Source: Octopus bimaculoides | Lineage: Eukaryota | NCBI RefSeq assembly: GCF_001194135.2 | Contig: NC_068983.1 | Span: 146,198,374 to 146,262,373 of the forward strand | Reading direction: 5' to 3' | Length of the DNA stretch: 64,000 bases | Shown: positions 1 to 12,309 of the stretch, piece by piece | Layout: each line of letters begins with the position of its first letter | Position numbering within the stretch: the stretch's first letter is position 1 | The notes under the pieces: model-generated | The model's database searches: none | Told to the model about the DNA's origin: nothing | Seen by the model: the letters and a program-made list of their open reading frames with translations, nothing else | Position numbers and translations under genes: made by a program

Positions 1-985
1 TGCTCAATAAAGAGAATGAAAGGGAGAAAGAGAGTCTGCCGAATGTTGACCCAACAGAGGAACCAGCTATCCGAATTTGACAGTACCTTGGTAGATAAAG
101 TAATTAAGAGTATGAAGACAGGGAAAGCCCCCGGCCCATCAGGAATCACTGCAGAGATGCTCAAAATATCTGGCAGTGTTGGCTATAGCCTAGTCACCCG
201 TATAGTTAACCAGGTGGTACACGAAGGAGTCATACCCAATGACTAGTGTAGCAGCACCATAGTCAACTGCTACAAAGGTACAGGTGACGCTTTAGATACA
301 AATAATTACAGAGGTATCAAGTTGTTGGATCAGGTAATGAAGGTTATGGAGAGGGTCATAGCCCAACTAATTAGGGAGAGAGTCAGTTTGGGTTCATGCC
401 AGGGAAAAGCACCACTGATGCTATATTTCTGGTAAGACAGCTGCAGGAGAAATACCTAGCCAAAGATAGCCTAGCTTTCATTGACATGGAGAAAGCTTTG
501 ACAGGATCCCCATTCCCTTATCTCGTGGTCAATGAGGAAACTAAGGATAGATGAATGGTTAGTGAGAGCTGTGTGAGCCATGTACAGGGACACTCTCAGT
601 AAGGTGAGGGTTGGCAACGAGTGCAGTGAAGAATTTCAGGTAGAGGTAGGGTCCACCAAGGTTCAGTCCTCAGCCCCCTCCTATTTATCATGGTCCTCCA
701 GGCAATAACAGAGGAATTCAAGACAGGAGGCCCCTGGGAACTCCTCTATGCTGACGACCTTGCTCTGATTGCTGAGTCACTGTCAGAACTAGAGGAGAAG
801 CTTCAGGCATGGAAGCAAGGATTAGAATCGAAGGGCCTTAGAGCCAACCTAGCTAAAACCAAAGTCCTAATAAGCAGGAAGGTAGACAAACCACAAGTCC
901 CTTCAGGTAGATGACCCTGCTCGATCTGTAGAAAAGGCGAAGGTAGAAACTCTATAAGATGTACTCAGTGTAAGCTATGGACACA
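1..985 (+). mobile_element. RTE-clade LINE, reverse transcriptase fragment (pseudogenised; cut by window edge)
   Basis: ORF pieces KAPGPSGITAEMLK (16-246) and PWELLYADDLALIAES (690-914). The intervening frames read FGFMPGKSTTDAIF and HQGSVLSPLLF-like, with stops and frameshifts. Confidence 0.92.
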
Positions 986-2187
986 TGCCTGCATCTATGT
1001 TGACTGAGATATTTTAGAGTCCTTAATAAAAAAAATGATTAAAATCAAAGCACTTGTATTTTCAACAATCTATGTTCAAAAGAAAAACCAATTCTCACAT
1101 ACACACAATGTATATTCATTCCCATAGCTTTTGTTCAGGGTTAAATGTTTTGCAAGTTGCTGCTTAGAATTATGTGTTTCTGATTTCCAAATAACTGGTT
1201 GTATGTAAGATGGTTGAAGCTATTTACATACAGCAGCTAAAATTACTTGATTCTTGGTGAAAATATATTAACAGTAAAATACAGGTTTCGCAAATGAATA
1301 TATAAACATATAAACCCAAGTTTTTATTATAATTATCACTATTCGGTCATATCCACACACACACACACAGAGGTTTATTCATCTTCACTTCCTAATAACT
1401 TCCTCTAGTTTTATGTTTTAAACTTATTTTTTCATCTCTATATTAATATATTCCCCCCATACAATAACATTTCTCTCTCTCTCTTCCTCACTTTCTGCAT
1501 ATATCATATTATATATCTATAATATATATATATCATCATCACTCACATTCTTTATCCACTTCCATTGTCAGTCTCAAGCTACCCACCATAACTACTGCTA
1601 ACTGTTAACTGCTACAGCTCATATTAATTCTCCATGACAAACAGTCGAATCTAAAAGGTCAATTTCTTTATGCTGATAACCTACACATATTTTACCAGGA
1701 GCCTGTTTAAAAGTAATCTCTCCTCCCAAAACTTGAAATAATGACCCCCTTAATCTTGAAACTGTTGTTTACCAGCACTCTAGACTGTAACAAGGCATAT
1801 AGCATTTTAAATAATAACATACAAATCATTATGCTTGTCAGAAAAACCTTACTCATCAACAAAAACTCTAGTTGTCTTTTGTTTAATTAAAACAAAAAAT
1901 TGACTACACCATTTTTTTTTTCCTAATATCAATATGGGATTAATAGTGCAAAGGTGATTGATTTTGGTGTCCTTTACAAGTGGATACACTTCAAATTATA
2001 TGCACAGCTATATACAACTGGCAGGTTAGCTCCATCGCAGCATACCTTTGGCAACACAATACATACATTTACCTTTTTTGGCTCAAAGGATCTGTTGTTC
2101 TTTTTAACCCAATATTTACATGCTGTTATTTATAGCTTCATCTGCTTCAAGATTCACTATTTCCAAAAAGAATTATTTAATGTTCTT

Positions 2188-2905
2188 CATCATCATCATC
2201 ATTGTCGTTTAACGTTTGCTTTCCATGCTAGCATGGGTTTGACGGTTTGACTGAGGGCTGGCAAACCAGAAGGCTGCACCAGGCTCCAATCTGATCTGGC
2301 AACGTTTCTACAGCTGGATGCCCTTCCTAATGCCAACTACTCTGAGAGTGCAGTGGGCGTTTTTACATGCCACCTGCACGAGGGCCAGTCAGGTGGTACT
2401 GGCATCGGCCAGGCTCAAATGATGCTTTTTACGTGCAGCCTGCACAGGAGCCGGTCCAGTGGCACTGGCAACGATCACGCTCAAATGGTGCTTTTTACAT
2501 GCCATCAGCACAGGAGCCAGTCAGCAGCCCTGGCAACGATCACGCTTGAATGGTGCTTTTGACATTCCACCGACACGAGTGCCAATAAGACGGTATTGTC
2601 ATCAGCCATGACAACGATTTCACTTGCCTCAACAGGTCTTTGCAAGTGTAGTTTATTGTCCAATGATTGAAAGGTACTCTTAAATAGGCTGGTTATACAG
2701 CACTGGCATAGGCCACGGTTCTGGTCTCACCTGGCTTGCTAGGTCTTCTCAAGTACAGCATATCTCCAAAGAACTGTCACTTGTCATTGCCTTGGTGAGG
2801 CCCAATGTTCAAAGGTCATGCTTCACCACCTCATCCCAGATCTTCCTGAGTCTACTTCTTCCACAGGTTCCCTCAGCTGCTAGGGTGTGACACTTTTTGA
2901 TGCTT
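2188..2905 (-). mobile_element. 5'-truncated RTE LINE: ORF2 C-terminus, 3' UTR and (GAT)n tail
   Basis: The minus strand reads IKKCHTLAAEGTCGRSRLRKIWDEVVKHDL*TLGL. It then ends AACCCATGCTAGCATGGAAAGC...(GAT)n, the same tail as the + copy at 24.8 kb. Confidence 0.85.
2357..2610. repeat. ~66-nt tandem repeat (about 3.7 units) inside the RTE 3' UTR
   Basis: Units begin GC(G/T)TTTT at 2357, 2424, 2490 and 2555 and share GCAC..GAGCCAGTC..CTGGCAACGATCACGCTCAAATGGT. Confidence 0.85.
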
Positions 2906-3994
2906 TTAAACTCTTATTACATTAACAATACACATTTAGGATAGGCTCAATGAGCAACTTTAACAATTTCAACCTAAAAATAATAATAACCACAAGCATA
3001 AATACATTTGTCTTTTTAGACATTTAATTTAAATATAAGCATTGAAAATAAAGGCAATTAAACAAAAAGCTCATGTGTGTCAAAAAAATTCTAGTAATCT
3101 ATGCATAGCTTTCAACAACCTAGTCAAAATATTGATAGAAGTATCTCTAACTTATTGTCAAATGCAAACATTTTTAAGTAGCAGCCCCTACTTAAAGCAG
3201 ACAAATAGATAAGATCCATTATGTCCCTAATAGTCTGCTACCCACGAACAGGAAAAATATGTCAGAAAACCCTCTGGTTGAATTAATCATTCTCATTAAA
3301 CTTTAAATCTAGCATATGTAATTCTTTTCGGGGGTTTAATCAATAAACATTTCCCAATAAACCTCTGTTACAGGAAATTATTGCATAGAAACAAGTAGAA
3401 ACTAATGAGACTAAACTGTAATCAAACAACAAACGTAAAAATGAAAATCAAAAGAAACCAAAACTATAGAGGTGAATTCACTGTGAAAATACAAGATGCA
3501 TGTCCTATCAATCAGTCATGCAATGCTGAGGTAATTATTTCTGAAGTCAAGGTCTTTGGAATGGCAGAAGGTAAATTCAAATACCATTGTTATTACCACA
3601 CTTTTTTTTTTCTGAAACATAAAGAAAGGGAATGTCACTAATAAGGAAAAAGAGTATCACACACACATACTGAAAGTCTGTGTACAGATGCTGTCATCAT
3701 TTGGATCAACAAAATTGAATGAATGGCTGACAACTCCAGGAATATAGAAGTTGCCAAGGCCCACATAGGAAGCCCATCCATTGAATAACATGTCACTTTT
3801 GTCACTTCCGGTTTTTATTGCAATTTGCTTTCATAATTCTCAGACAATTTACATTCATTTTTTACTACGGTAAACTATGTTAACCAAAATAAATATCAAT
3901 TGAACATTGGAGGCAATGTAATTAATTAGCACCCTCCCACCAAATTTCATATATTGTGTCTATAGTAGAAAGAATCATTGCTATTTTCAAGGCA

Positions 3995-4350
3995 GCCAAT
4001 AAAATGCTTAGCGGCATTTCTTCTGGGGTTTTATGTACTGAATTCAAATTCTGCCAGGGTCGACTTTGCCTTTCAAGTTTTCAGGGTTGATAAAATAAGT
4101 ACTAGTCGAGCACTGTGATTAATATGCTCGAATTACCCCACCCCTCAAAATCTTATAATAATTCTGCTTGTTCCTCCATTACTTAGCCCGTCGATGTGTT
4201 TACGTCCTCGTAATTTAGCGGTTCAGCAAAAAGACCGATAGAATAAGTACCAGGCCTAAAAAAAAAGTACTGGTGTCAAGTCATTCAACTGAAGGTAGTG
4301 CCCCAGCATAGCAGCAGTCTAATGGCTGAAACAAGTAAAAGATAAACATA
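3995..4350 (+). mobile_element. Degenerate octopus-type SINE pieces (family A head followed by family B tail)
   Basis: Matches AAATGCTTAGCGGCATTTC...GTCGACTTTGCCTTTC and CGGTTCAGCAAAA..GACCGATAGAATAAGTAC...CCCCAGCATAG, which recur elsewhere in the window. Confidence 0.75.
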
Positions 4351-4599
4351 CACTAACGGCTATTTTACTTTCAAAACGGTTAAAATCGAGTCTACCTTAA
4401 AATGTTCAACATGTCATGTTTCATTCAGTAGTCATTCACAATACACTGAGGTTAATCTTGTGAGAGAGAGAGAGAGAGAGAAATTAGCAAATAAAATCAG
4501 AGCGATGAAATAAAATAAGACTTCTGACCGTAACCATCTGGCTAGCAAGGGATATTCTTTCTGGGGTTTCGAAATAATGAACTGAGGTTTTCATTTACT

Positions 4600-5055
4600 C
4601 TTACTAGCAATTTTTGGTAAATTGATATTCGCGAAATAATCATACTTTTGATTTTTTAGTGCTAAAAACCTTCCTGACGACCATCTTTGTAATCCCCCAA
4701 AAATATCGTAACCATTTATCCAGCCGTCTGGCCGTGAAGAAGGAACAGACAAAGAGATGGACAGACGAACATTACGCCCATTATAGTAAGATAGCAAATC
4801 TGCCCATCTACGATGAGAAATAAAGGGATAGTATCGCAAATCTAAGCTCTTTAAATTCACGAATTATACAGCGTGGGGGGGGGGTGATTTATTAATACAA
4901 AACTCAATATCCACTAAATAATCATACTTTTTTGCATTTTTTCGCTCAAAAACCTTCCTGATTACTTCCTGCATAATCCCGAAAAACATCGTGACCATTG
5001 GTCCAGCCATTTGACTGTGAAGAGGAAACAGACAGACGGCCATTATAGTAAGATT
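4600..5055 (+). mobile_element. Two tandem copies of a non-autonomous Helentron/HINE-like element end
   Basis: Two ~190-nt similar units (about 4600-4795 and 4870-5055), each ending ACAGAC...CCATTATAGTAAGAT. The class is inferred from this terminus style. Confidence 0.45.
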
Positions 5056-6734
5056 TACGGTATCCGGTTTAGAATTTTTTCAACCACACACACAGTCACG
5101 GAAGTCTCTAACGAGCTTGAAAACTAGGTAAAATATTCTCGATGTAACTGAAGTGAAATTATCAATGATAAATTACTGGCATTGTTATGAGTGTCTGTAC
5201 CAGCTAGAGCTGAAATAGGTAATGAAAGACTTTGTTAGGATTTGATGGAGACCAAGATGAAATGATGACCGCCATGAAGATACAAACAGCATCTGTCAGG
5301 TCGTAACTTGTGTGAAATAACGTCAGATAAAATAAATGACACAAGGATACATTACAATAAAGACGAATCTTTCCAACAAAATAATTTAATTCGTTTAAAT
5401 TTAATACTGCTCAATTATAATAAATACCGCACGTATTTGCTAAATTAAACAGTTCATATTTGCTGTGCCATTAAGAATGCAACATCTTCTCAAGTTTCAG
5501 CTCCAGCTTTCTGGGTACATTTTTTTACTAATTCATAGAGAAAACTCTTCAGTAGAAGGCTTTTCATAAAATCTGATGAAAATTTCCTGGATTTTTCCTT
5601 TGGTGATGAATGTGAGGTATGTTGCGACGAGCTCGACCTTGCTAAGTCTAAAACTTCATCAACCAAGATAGACTACTATCCTGATTGTTTCTTCGCATCA
5701 TTTCTGTGATGACTATAGTCATGATATTAAGAATTTTGGAAAATAGATGAGATCCACTGCATACAGGCGTCTGACTTTATAGGATTTCTCCAACCAAAGA
5801 TGTATAAGTTCCAAAAATGAATACGGTTAACATTGGAAACTTCACCTAAATTCCTTTGGTCCTCTGCCTGACCCATTATGTTTTGCTAGATAATAAAGTT
5901 TTGAAGTTCTTTCAACTCCACGCTCCTAACAAATTTTTTTGCGTTTTCTTGAACAGTTATTCATTTCATCATGGCCTGCTGATGACAAGTACCTCTTAAT
6001 TGCCTTGGGAGTTGATTTGTCTAATAATTTTCAATAATAAAAGTCTTACTGCGCATGAACCCAAGAATTGTCCTGGGTATGACTTCAAACTGCACCCAGT
6101 AGTGGAGCTCTGGTTCGAGAGCTTTGAGGCTTGTGGAACCACCTTTTAGCCACTATTGTTCACAGGTTTACTCTGACCCAGAGGAATTACACCTGTCAGG
6201 GACCCAGCTACGGCTTAATTAGTGTGTAAATAGAAGTCAACTGTGAACACGGGAATAAACAACCCCGGACCAAACCATGGGTGGCCCCTTGACAACACCT
6301 AGCATCTGTAGGTAATTTCGCCACCGAAAATTTCAGCTATTGAAAGAACAATACTGGTTCAGACAAGTCGTTCAACCGGCTGATGATGCTTGCACATTAC
6401 ACATAACATCAAACATAATATTTGTCAATGATATCAGTAAAAGAACCAGAAAATTTAAACCAATTAGAATGAAATCTCTTAAACTAGACTCCTTGCTAGA
6501 TTTCTTTCGTTTATTATATTATGTCAGAATTGGCTGATGCGGTCTCATTTCAGTAACATTGTCCTGAGGTGGCACTGGAACCAGTGTAGATTCTTGGAGC
6601 ACATGAACTTCATTATTTTTGTCACTTGAAATATTTTCAGATGCGGAAGTGCCAGATTCTGTAGAGAGTCTCGGATTCTTTACAGTATCTTTATTAATCA
6701 TTGTGAACCATGTTCTGTCCAGTTTCTGGGATCT

Positions 6735-6860
6735 GGACAAAAGCCCCACGGTTATATTTTTCGGATATTTTTTTTTCTTTTTACTTGTTGCAGTCATTAG
6801 ACCGTGGCCATGCTGGAGCACCACCTTGATGTATTTTTAGTCGAATATATCGACCCCAGA
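6735..6860 (-). mobile_element. SINE family B tail plus GGGCTTTTGTCC module (inverted partial copy)
   Basis: The reverse complement matches 7290-7400 and 17540-17630. Confidence 0.7.
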
Positions 6861-7104
6861 ATCACTTTTAGGTGATTTTCAACCAGCACATGAAGTTAAG
6901 CCTAGAAGGTCTCTCTACATGCTAGAAATAACCAAATCTTTAAAAAAAAAATTTATAATTTCACGTAAACAAAAACGGAAATCGCGGTTGTAAAAATAGA
7001 AACATTTATTTACCAAAATTCTAATTTTTAAGTAAACAAAATATAATCAGTCGAAAATAAGTAAGTAGAATAGAATAAATTTTTAAATACTGATTTTTCT
7101 GCGA

Positions 7105-7455
7105 CAAAAAATTCTTCAAGGCGGTGTCCCAGCATGGCTGCAGTCTAATAACTGTAACAAGTAAAAAAAATTTTTAACTTCTGGCGTCGATACATCTGAT
7201 AAAAATTCTTCAAGGTGGTGCCCCAACATGGCTGCAGTCAAATAACTGCAACAAGTAAGAATAAAAAAAATTCTAGCGGCGATACGTTCGACTAAAATTT
7301 CTTCAAGGCAGTGCCCCAGCATGGCCACAATGTAATGACTGAAACAAGTAAAAGGTGAAAAAAACAAACCGAAAAATGTAACCATGGGTCTTTTATCCAC
7401 TTTCACACTTTTACTATGGCGCTTTTGTCCGAAGGACTTTTGTCCTAAACATCCA
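7105..7455 (+). mobile_element. Composite repeat: 3 tandem SINE-B tail units plus GG(G/A)CTTTTGTCC subterminal repeats
   Basis: The unit AAAATTCTTCAAGG(C/T)GGTG.CCCAGCATGGC.GCAGTC is repeated 3 times, followed by the same tail seen at 17580-17720. Confidence 0.75.
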
Positions 7456-7689
7456 GTTTCCACCTCCACTAGTACGTACAAACACCTATACATGTAATTG
7501 TTAGATTTCATCAAAGTATGAGTGTATTAGTTTTTGTCGATATATGTGTATGTTTTTGTCGATATATGTGTATGTTTTCATCGAAGTGTGTATGTGCATG
7601 TTTGCATACATATAATTTTTAAATCAGCAGAAACATTACCAAAGTAACTCAAGGGCAGAAAGTTCGTTTGAGAGCGCACACACTCATAC

Positions 7690-7715
7690 GTACATACACA
7701 TATACACATACATGC

Positions 7716-7765
<50 letters not shown>
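7690..7765. repeat. Compound (CA/TA)n-(GA)n microsatellite
   Basis: Seen directly. Confidence 0.95.
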
Positions 7766-7769
<4 letters not shown>

Positions 7770-9647
7770 GGGGTAAATAAGAATTGCAGTTATTGCTTTT
7801 TATAAGAAACTGAAAAGGATTTTTAACGGCTCAGAAATAAATTCTAATTCAATTTATGTTGTAATGGACAGGTGATACTACAACTTTTCCTGGTCCTACT
7901 CTGCATAAAGAGCATGCACGTGCCAGCAGCGCACTGTCTTTAAGATAGCGGGTTAGCCCTAGTGTATGCATGTGTGTATACATGTGTATGATCATATGGG
8001 TATGTGTGTGTGAGAGATCAAATATATACACACACGAAAGCCCTCAATAATCACACATGCATAGCCACATAAATACTCAGACACACACGAGCATATATGC
8101 CTTTTCGCTTGTTCGTAGTCGTGCGTGTATGTAGGTCTTCATAGATGTTTCCGAATTCGTTTGTTTCTAAGTGCATAAATGTATTTTGTGTGTGTGTGCA
8201 TGCGTGCGTGTGTTTATTAAGGGTTTTAGTTTATAAATAGGATTCCTGCCTGTCGGTGGTAACTTTTCCCTCTGCTGGAGAAAATTAGGGACATAAAGAT
8301 TACAGAGTACAAACATTAATGCTTTCTCACCTACTGGGAGTGTTTTCTCTATAATGAACACCTCAGTGCGCTAACCTTAAAAAGTATGTGTATAATGTGT
8401 ACACTGATGTATGTATGTATGTATGCATGTTTGTGTGTATGCATAGATGTGTGTTTTGTTTGATTTTAGGTTTATGAGTATCTATTTACTTGGGTATTAT
8501 GTAGGTACGTCTTCTGCGAAGCTAGCTAGGAAAAATACCTAGGGACATACTCTGCATGAAAACCAAATGTCAATTCTAGCATACTTAATGCACAGATCCA
8601 TAAACAGATTATTAGTCCTTGTGGAGCTTAGAGGGGCTCATATTTTTATAATCGTATACATATTTACTGAAATAGGAAAAAGTGCTACACACATTTTAAT
8701 ATAGCTAAGCTAAATTAGCCCCAGTCTCTTTTTGTTTTGTGTTACTGTTATGTGCCAATTAATCAAACTAAATGATAGATAAAATATGGACAACGGAGAA
8801 TTCTAACAACCTCAGACAAATTTCTCAAAATCATTTTACAGAGGTTTTGAGCATTACACTACTATTCTACATTAAGCGTAATTATTTAGTTACACTTTTC
8901 AAATTTCTCTTCAGTACAGCCAAACTCCAATCCAAAAAATAAGGTTCTTCCATTGGATCTGGGTAGTTAGATACGTATTTTCACGCGTATGTACGAGAGG
9001 GCATATACATTTGCAAACTTGCAAGCATGCATGTCATTGCTCGCGAATCTGCATACTTCAACTCATATGAGTACACATTACGCGTGTGTATGTGTAGTGT
9101 TCTGTTTTACAAAGTTTTACAATACCATCAATGGATTGTAATTGTAGTCATCAAATTAGTCGTGTCATATTAGATTTTGTGAAGTCCGATTTTTCAAGAT
9201 TAGTACAGTGGAGTTGGTCACACCACCAATGCCCTGATAATCGCAGTGTAAATTTACTATAATCACAAGTATAAGTTTAAGAATCCAGTGGGGAAAAAAG
9301 TCACAAGACAAAGTAAGGACGGGGAAAAAAAAAAGAAGAGTTCATCAATGCAATGTGCAGCTGTAATAACTTTATAATTTGTGTTTTACTCGACGGGAAA
9401 ACTACGAGACTGGTAGCGTTTCTTGGTGTGGTGTGGTGTTGGTTGGGATTTTCGTCTTAGTCGTCATGTAAGATGTGTTCAACCGATACGTCATGTATTG
9501 TCAATAAATAACTTTCGTTCATTGTCTTACTTTGTTTAAGAAATCTAATAAAAAGTTGTTTTTAGTCCCCCATGTGTAGTATCATTATAGATAAATTGTA
9601 TACAAATCATGTACTGTCAGTTAATAACTGATTTTAATTGTTTATAG

Positions 9648-9894
9648 CCGCGGTTCTCAACCATTTTTTTTTGCATATGGATCCCCATTGATTCCTATTT
9701 TGCTTGGTTGGATATTCATTATTTAAAAAGTCCTATTATATTTTTATAATTAGATGTTATTAGGAATTGTATAAAGAAATTAAAATAATTTTTGTGTGTA
9801 TTATAGAAATATAACCTGTTTATGGCACAAATTTTAGCAACAAAATTTTGTGTGGACCTTTGAGAATTACAAGGACCTCAGTTGAGAATCATTG
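9648..9894. mobile_element. hAT-type MITE (247 bp)
   Basis: Termini CCGCGGTTCTCAAC / GTTGAGAATCATTG form an imperfect TIR. The 8-bp flanks GTTTATAG (9640-9647) and GTTTATAT (9895-9902) match at 7 of 8 positions. Confidence 0.7.
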
Positions 9895-10489
9895 GTTTAT
9901 ATTAATAGTATTTAAATAAAATATAACTCTTATTATCTATTTAAAATTGTGACTTTTTTCTTTGACATTCCCCCCCCCCCAGATACTTAAGTTTAAAGGC
10001 TCGTGGATAGAATATAAGATTTCATATTAATTAACCATGTTTTCTTTTTATCGTTGACATTATGGGAACGTATAACTGAATTCTACCACAGTGCAGAATC
10101 TTTTCTTTATCGCAATGGTTTGTTTTGCTTATATTTTACAGAGATTTTGAGCATTGCACCACTCTTCTTTCATATTAAAGGTGAGTAGGTAATATATATA
10201 TATATATCACTATCTGCAAGCAAAGTTGTGTAAAATGTAAAATATATGTAGAGGTATGCGAGTGGTCGAAAAGTGTCAAATCCCGAGCTGATCTTGTCGT
10301 ACAGGTTTGACTGCCTCAGCAAGCCGTTGGCATTTTCATTTGGACTCCACCACACTGACTTGCACTTTGATAGATGGTGTAAGGAGAAAACTTTTGTATG
10401 GTGATATCTCAAATGAGAAAGAGAATCGCCGTCAGGGTACCAAATTAACAACTAAGACTGACACTTGACACTCGTCACTTTAGTTAATC

Positions 10490-10870
10490 TTATATGTTTA
10501 GCCCTGAGTCGACTCTGACCAAGCAAGTATATGATCGAAAGCATACCAGCTATGACCATCCTGTCATTTTTTCACGGATTGTGTATCTAGGACTACACCA
10601 CATTATGTATTGTGTTCCTTTTTCTTTTTTTAATGATATGATTTAAGTTGAGGATTTAGCTGCTATTCCTAGCAAGTTGAGTGACCACATAGAGACTCCT
10701 CCTTCCTAGTAGGTTGTAGCTGTTTAACCTCAGGTTAGCCCACATCAAGCAGACTTAGGATAGAAGGGCTTTTAACCGCGACCATTCCCCCTCTTTTCAG
10801 CAATAATATTCCCAGCTACATTATTCAGTTTGTCTTTCAAGACGGTAGGGTAGTAGTGTCAAACGAACTG
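10490..10870 (+). mobile_element. Old interspersed repeat family D (SINE/MITE-like), adjacent copies
   Basis: The motif TTTAACC.CAGGT.AGCCC...CAGC..TGACCATCC...GATTT.GCTGCTATT.CTAGCAGGT.GAG also occurs near 11.3, 19.6, 20.2, 28.1, 43.0, 46.9 and 48.05 kb. Confidence 0.6.
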
Positions 10871-11540
10871 CCCGTGGAAATCTTTAGTCCCACTCAGTTT
10901 TATAAAAATAAGTTATTAGTATTATTTTATTTCAAAATATTCTGTAAACTATATCGTCAACATGCGTTCAGAGTCGGAGCCCGATTGTAGTCCAGCTTAT
11001 TAATACTAGTCCTGATTAATAAAATTAGTGCAATATTTTAACACTAAGGACTCATAATAGGTATCACAATAGGACTCTACATTATCTCTATCCGGCTCAC
11101 GAGAATTAATTTATGCTTCAGTTTAGCTCACAAAAGTTAAACAAGTTTGATACCTCTGCAGTAAAGTGTGGTTTGAGAAAGATTTGTTAGGTCAAACGGC
11201 CATGTATAAGCTCTGTCAATGCGTCTTTTGTTCACACTCAAGTCAGCTCTACTTCCATTTGCTTTAATCACCACGATCAAACCGTGCTGGAGTACCGCCT
11301 GTGGTTAAAGGTATTCAACCATAACCATCCTGACTTTTTTATGTCTCAAACTACATTGTTTATCTTTTTTTTTAAAACAATTAATAGGGTGTAGCTTGAA
11401 GGCGATATGGCCATATTTCTAACAGGTCAGCGATCATATATTGGCACCCTCATCACGCCTGTCTGAAGTCTCTGGTGGTAACCATGATGTAGGAGAGCGA
11501 GAACTTTATTCGAAAGTGACAGTTGTTGCTCCTTTATAAT

Positions 11541-12309
11541 TGTAGCATGTCTGTATAAGCATAGCTTAAAACACATTTTTAATCTCAGGTAGGCTCAAAC
11601 GACACTAAAAGTTTATAGCTCAATTCAGCCTGTGATTGACTGAATAAACTAGCTCCCTCTGACAGGCGCTCTCTGCTACGTCAGATTGCCACCATGTTTA
11701 ATTGAGTTCCTTGAACTCATTGTCTCACTACTCTAAAGGACTCTCGGCATGCAGTTTTGCTTTATCGCGTTAACTCTGGCTTCTCTCACACAAGAACATC
11801 CTTCTTCCACGTGCACCGGCAGTATAGACCAAACTCAATGCCGTTATCTTATGCTAACTAGAAATACTTCTATCAAGTCTCTTATATACACAAAGTAGGT
11901 ACTACTAAAGCAGCGCGAACCCGAACGCGCTGCTTTAGTAGTACCCACAAAGTATAACTAATGCTTTCACGCATTCAATCATTCACCGTTACCAAGCTAC
12001 AGACATCTCTATAAAACATTAACATTGAACGTAACCCACACTGCTGTGAATAAACTTTACTACCAATCATCGTCAAGTTTGTCCATCTATTTCTGCATAC
12101 CAACCAATGTTGAAGTCCGTCTGTCTTTGTATACCACCAAATACCTATCGAACAGAGTTGGCGACCTGTGTCTGTCACACACACACTGCTATCAACAACT
12201 ACCGTCGCCGGCATCGTCATCTTCAACCAACAACTGTGGAGTCAACATAACCAACGGACAACGTTAAGGTGGTGGTATCAACAGACCACCACACTGATGA
12301 CATCTTACG
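11541..12309 (+). mobile_element. Probable solo LTR, copy 1
   Basis: Colinear with 25165-25882 (roughly 70-75% identical by eye). It starts TGTAG and ends CTTACG (CA in copy 2), with a TATA-like TATATA near 11883 and AATAAA near 12048. No TSD confirmed. Confidence 0.5.
11898..11945. mobile_element. 48-bp TIR-only micro-transposon with 9-bp TSD
   Basis: GGTACTACTAAAGCAGCGCG-AACCCGAA-CGCGCTGCTTTAGTAGTACC is flanked by CACAAAGTA on both sides (11889-11897 and 11946-11954). It is absent from the paralogous site at 25534-25542. Confidence 0.85.

Noticed and set aside
2357-2610. Regularly spaced repeats resembling a CRISPR array (also 7105-7330)
   Set aside because: The whole unit repeats with no unique spacers, there are no cas genes, and the context is a eukaryotic LINE/SINE.
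5460-6060. Coding-like texture on the minus strand
   Set aside because: There are frequent stops and no diagnostic motif; probably an old TE remnant that I cannot classify.
8200-8370. Minus-strand GTGAGA...CTCCAG mini-intron followed by AATAAA
   Set aside because: The intron would be only 56-59 nt and the flanking frames resemble no known protein.
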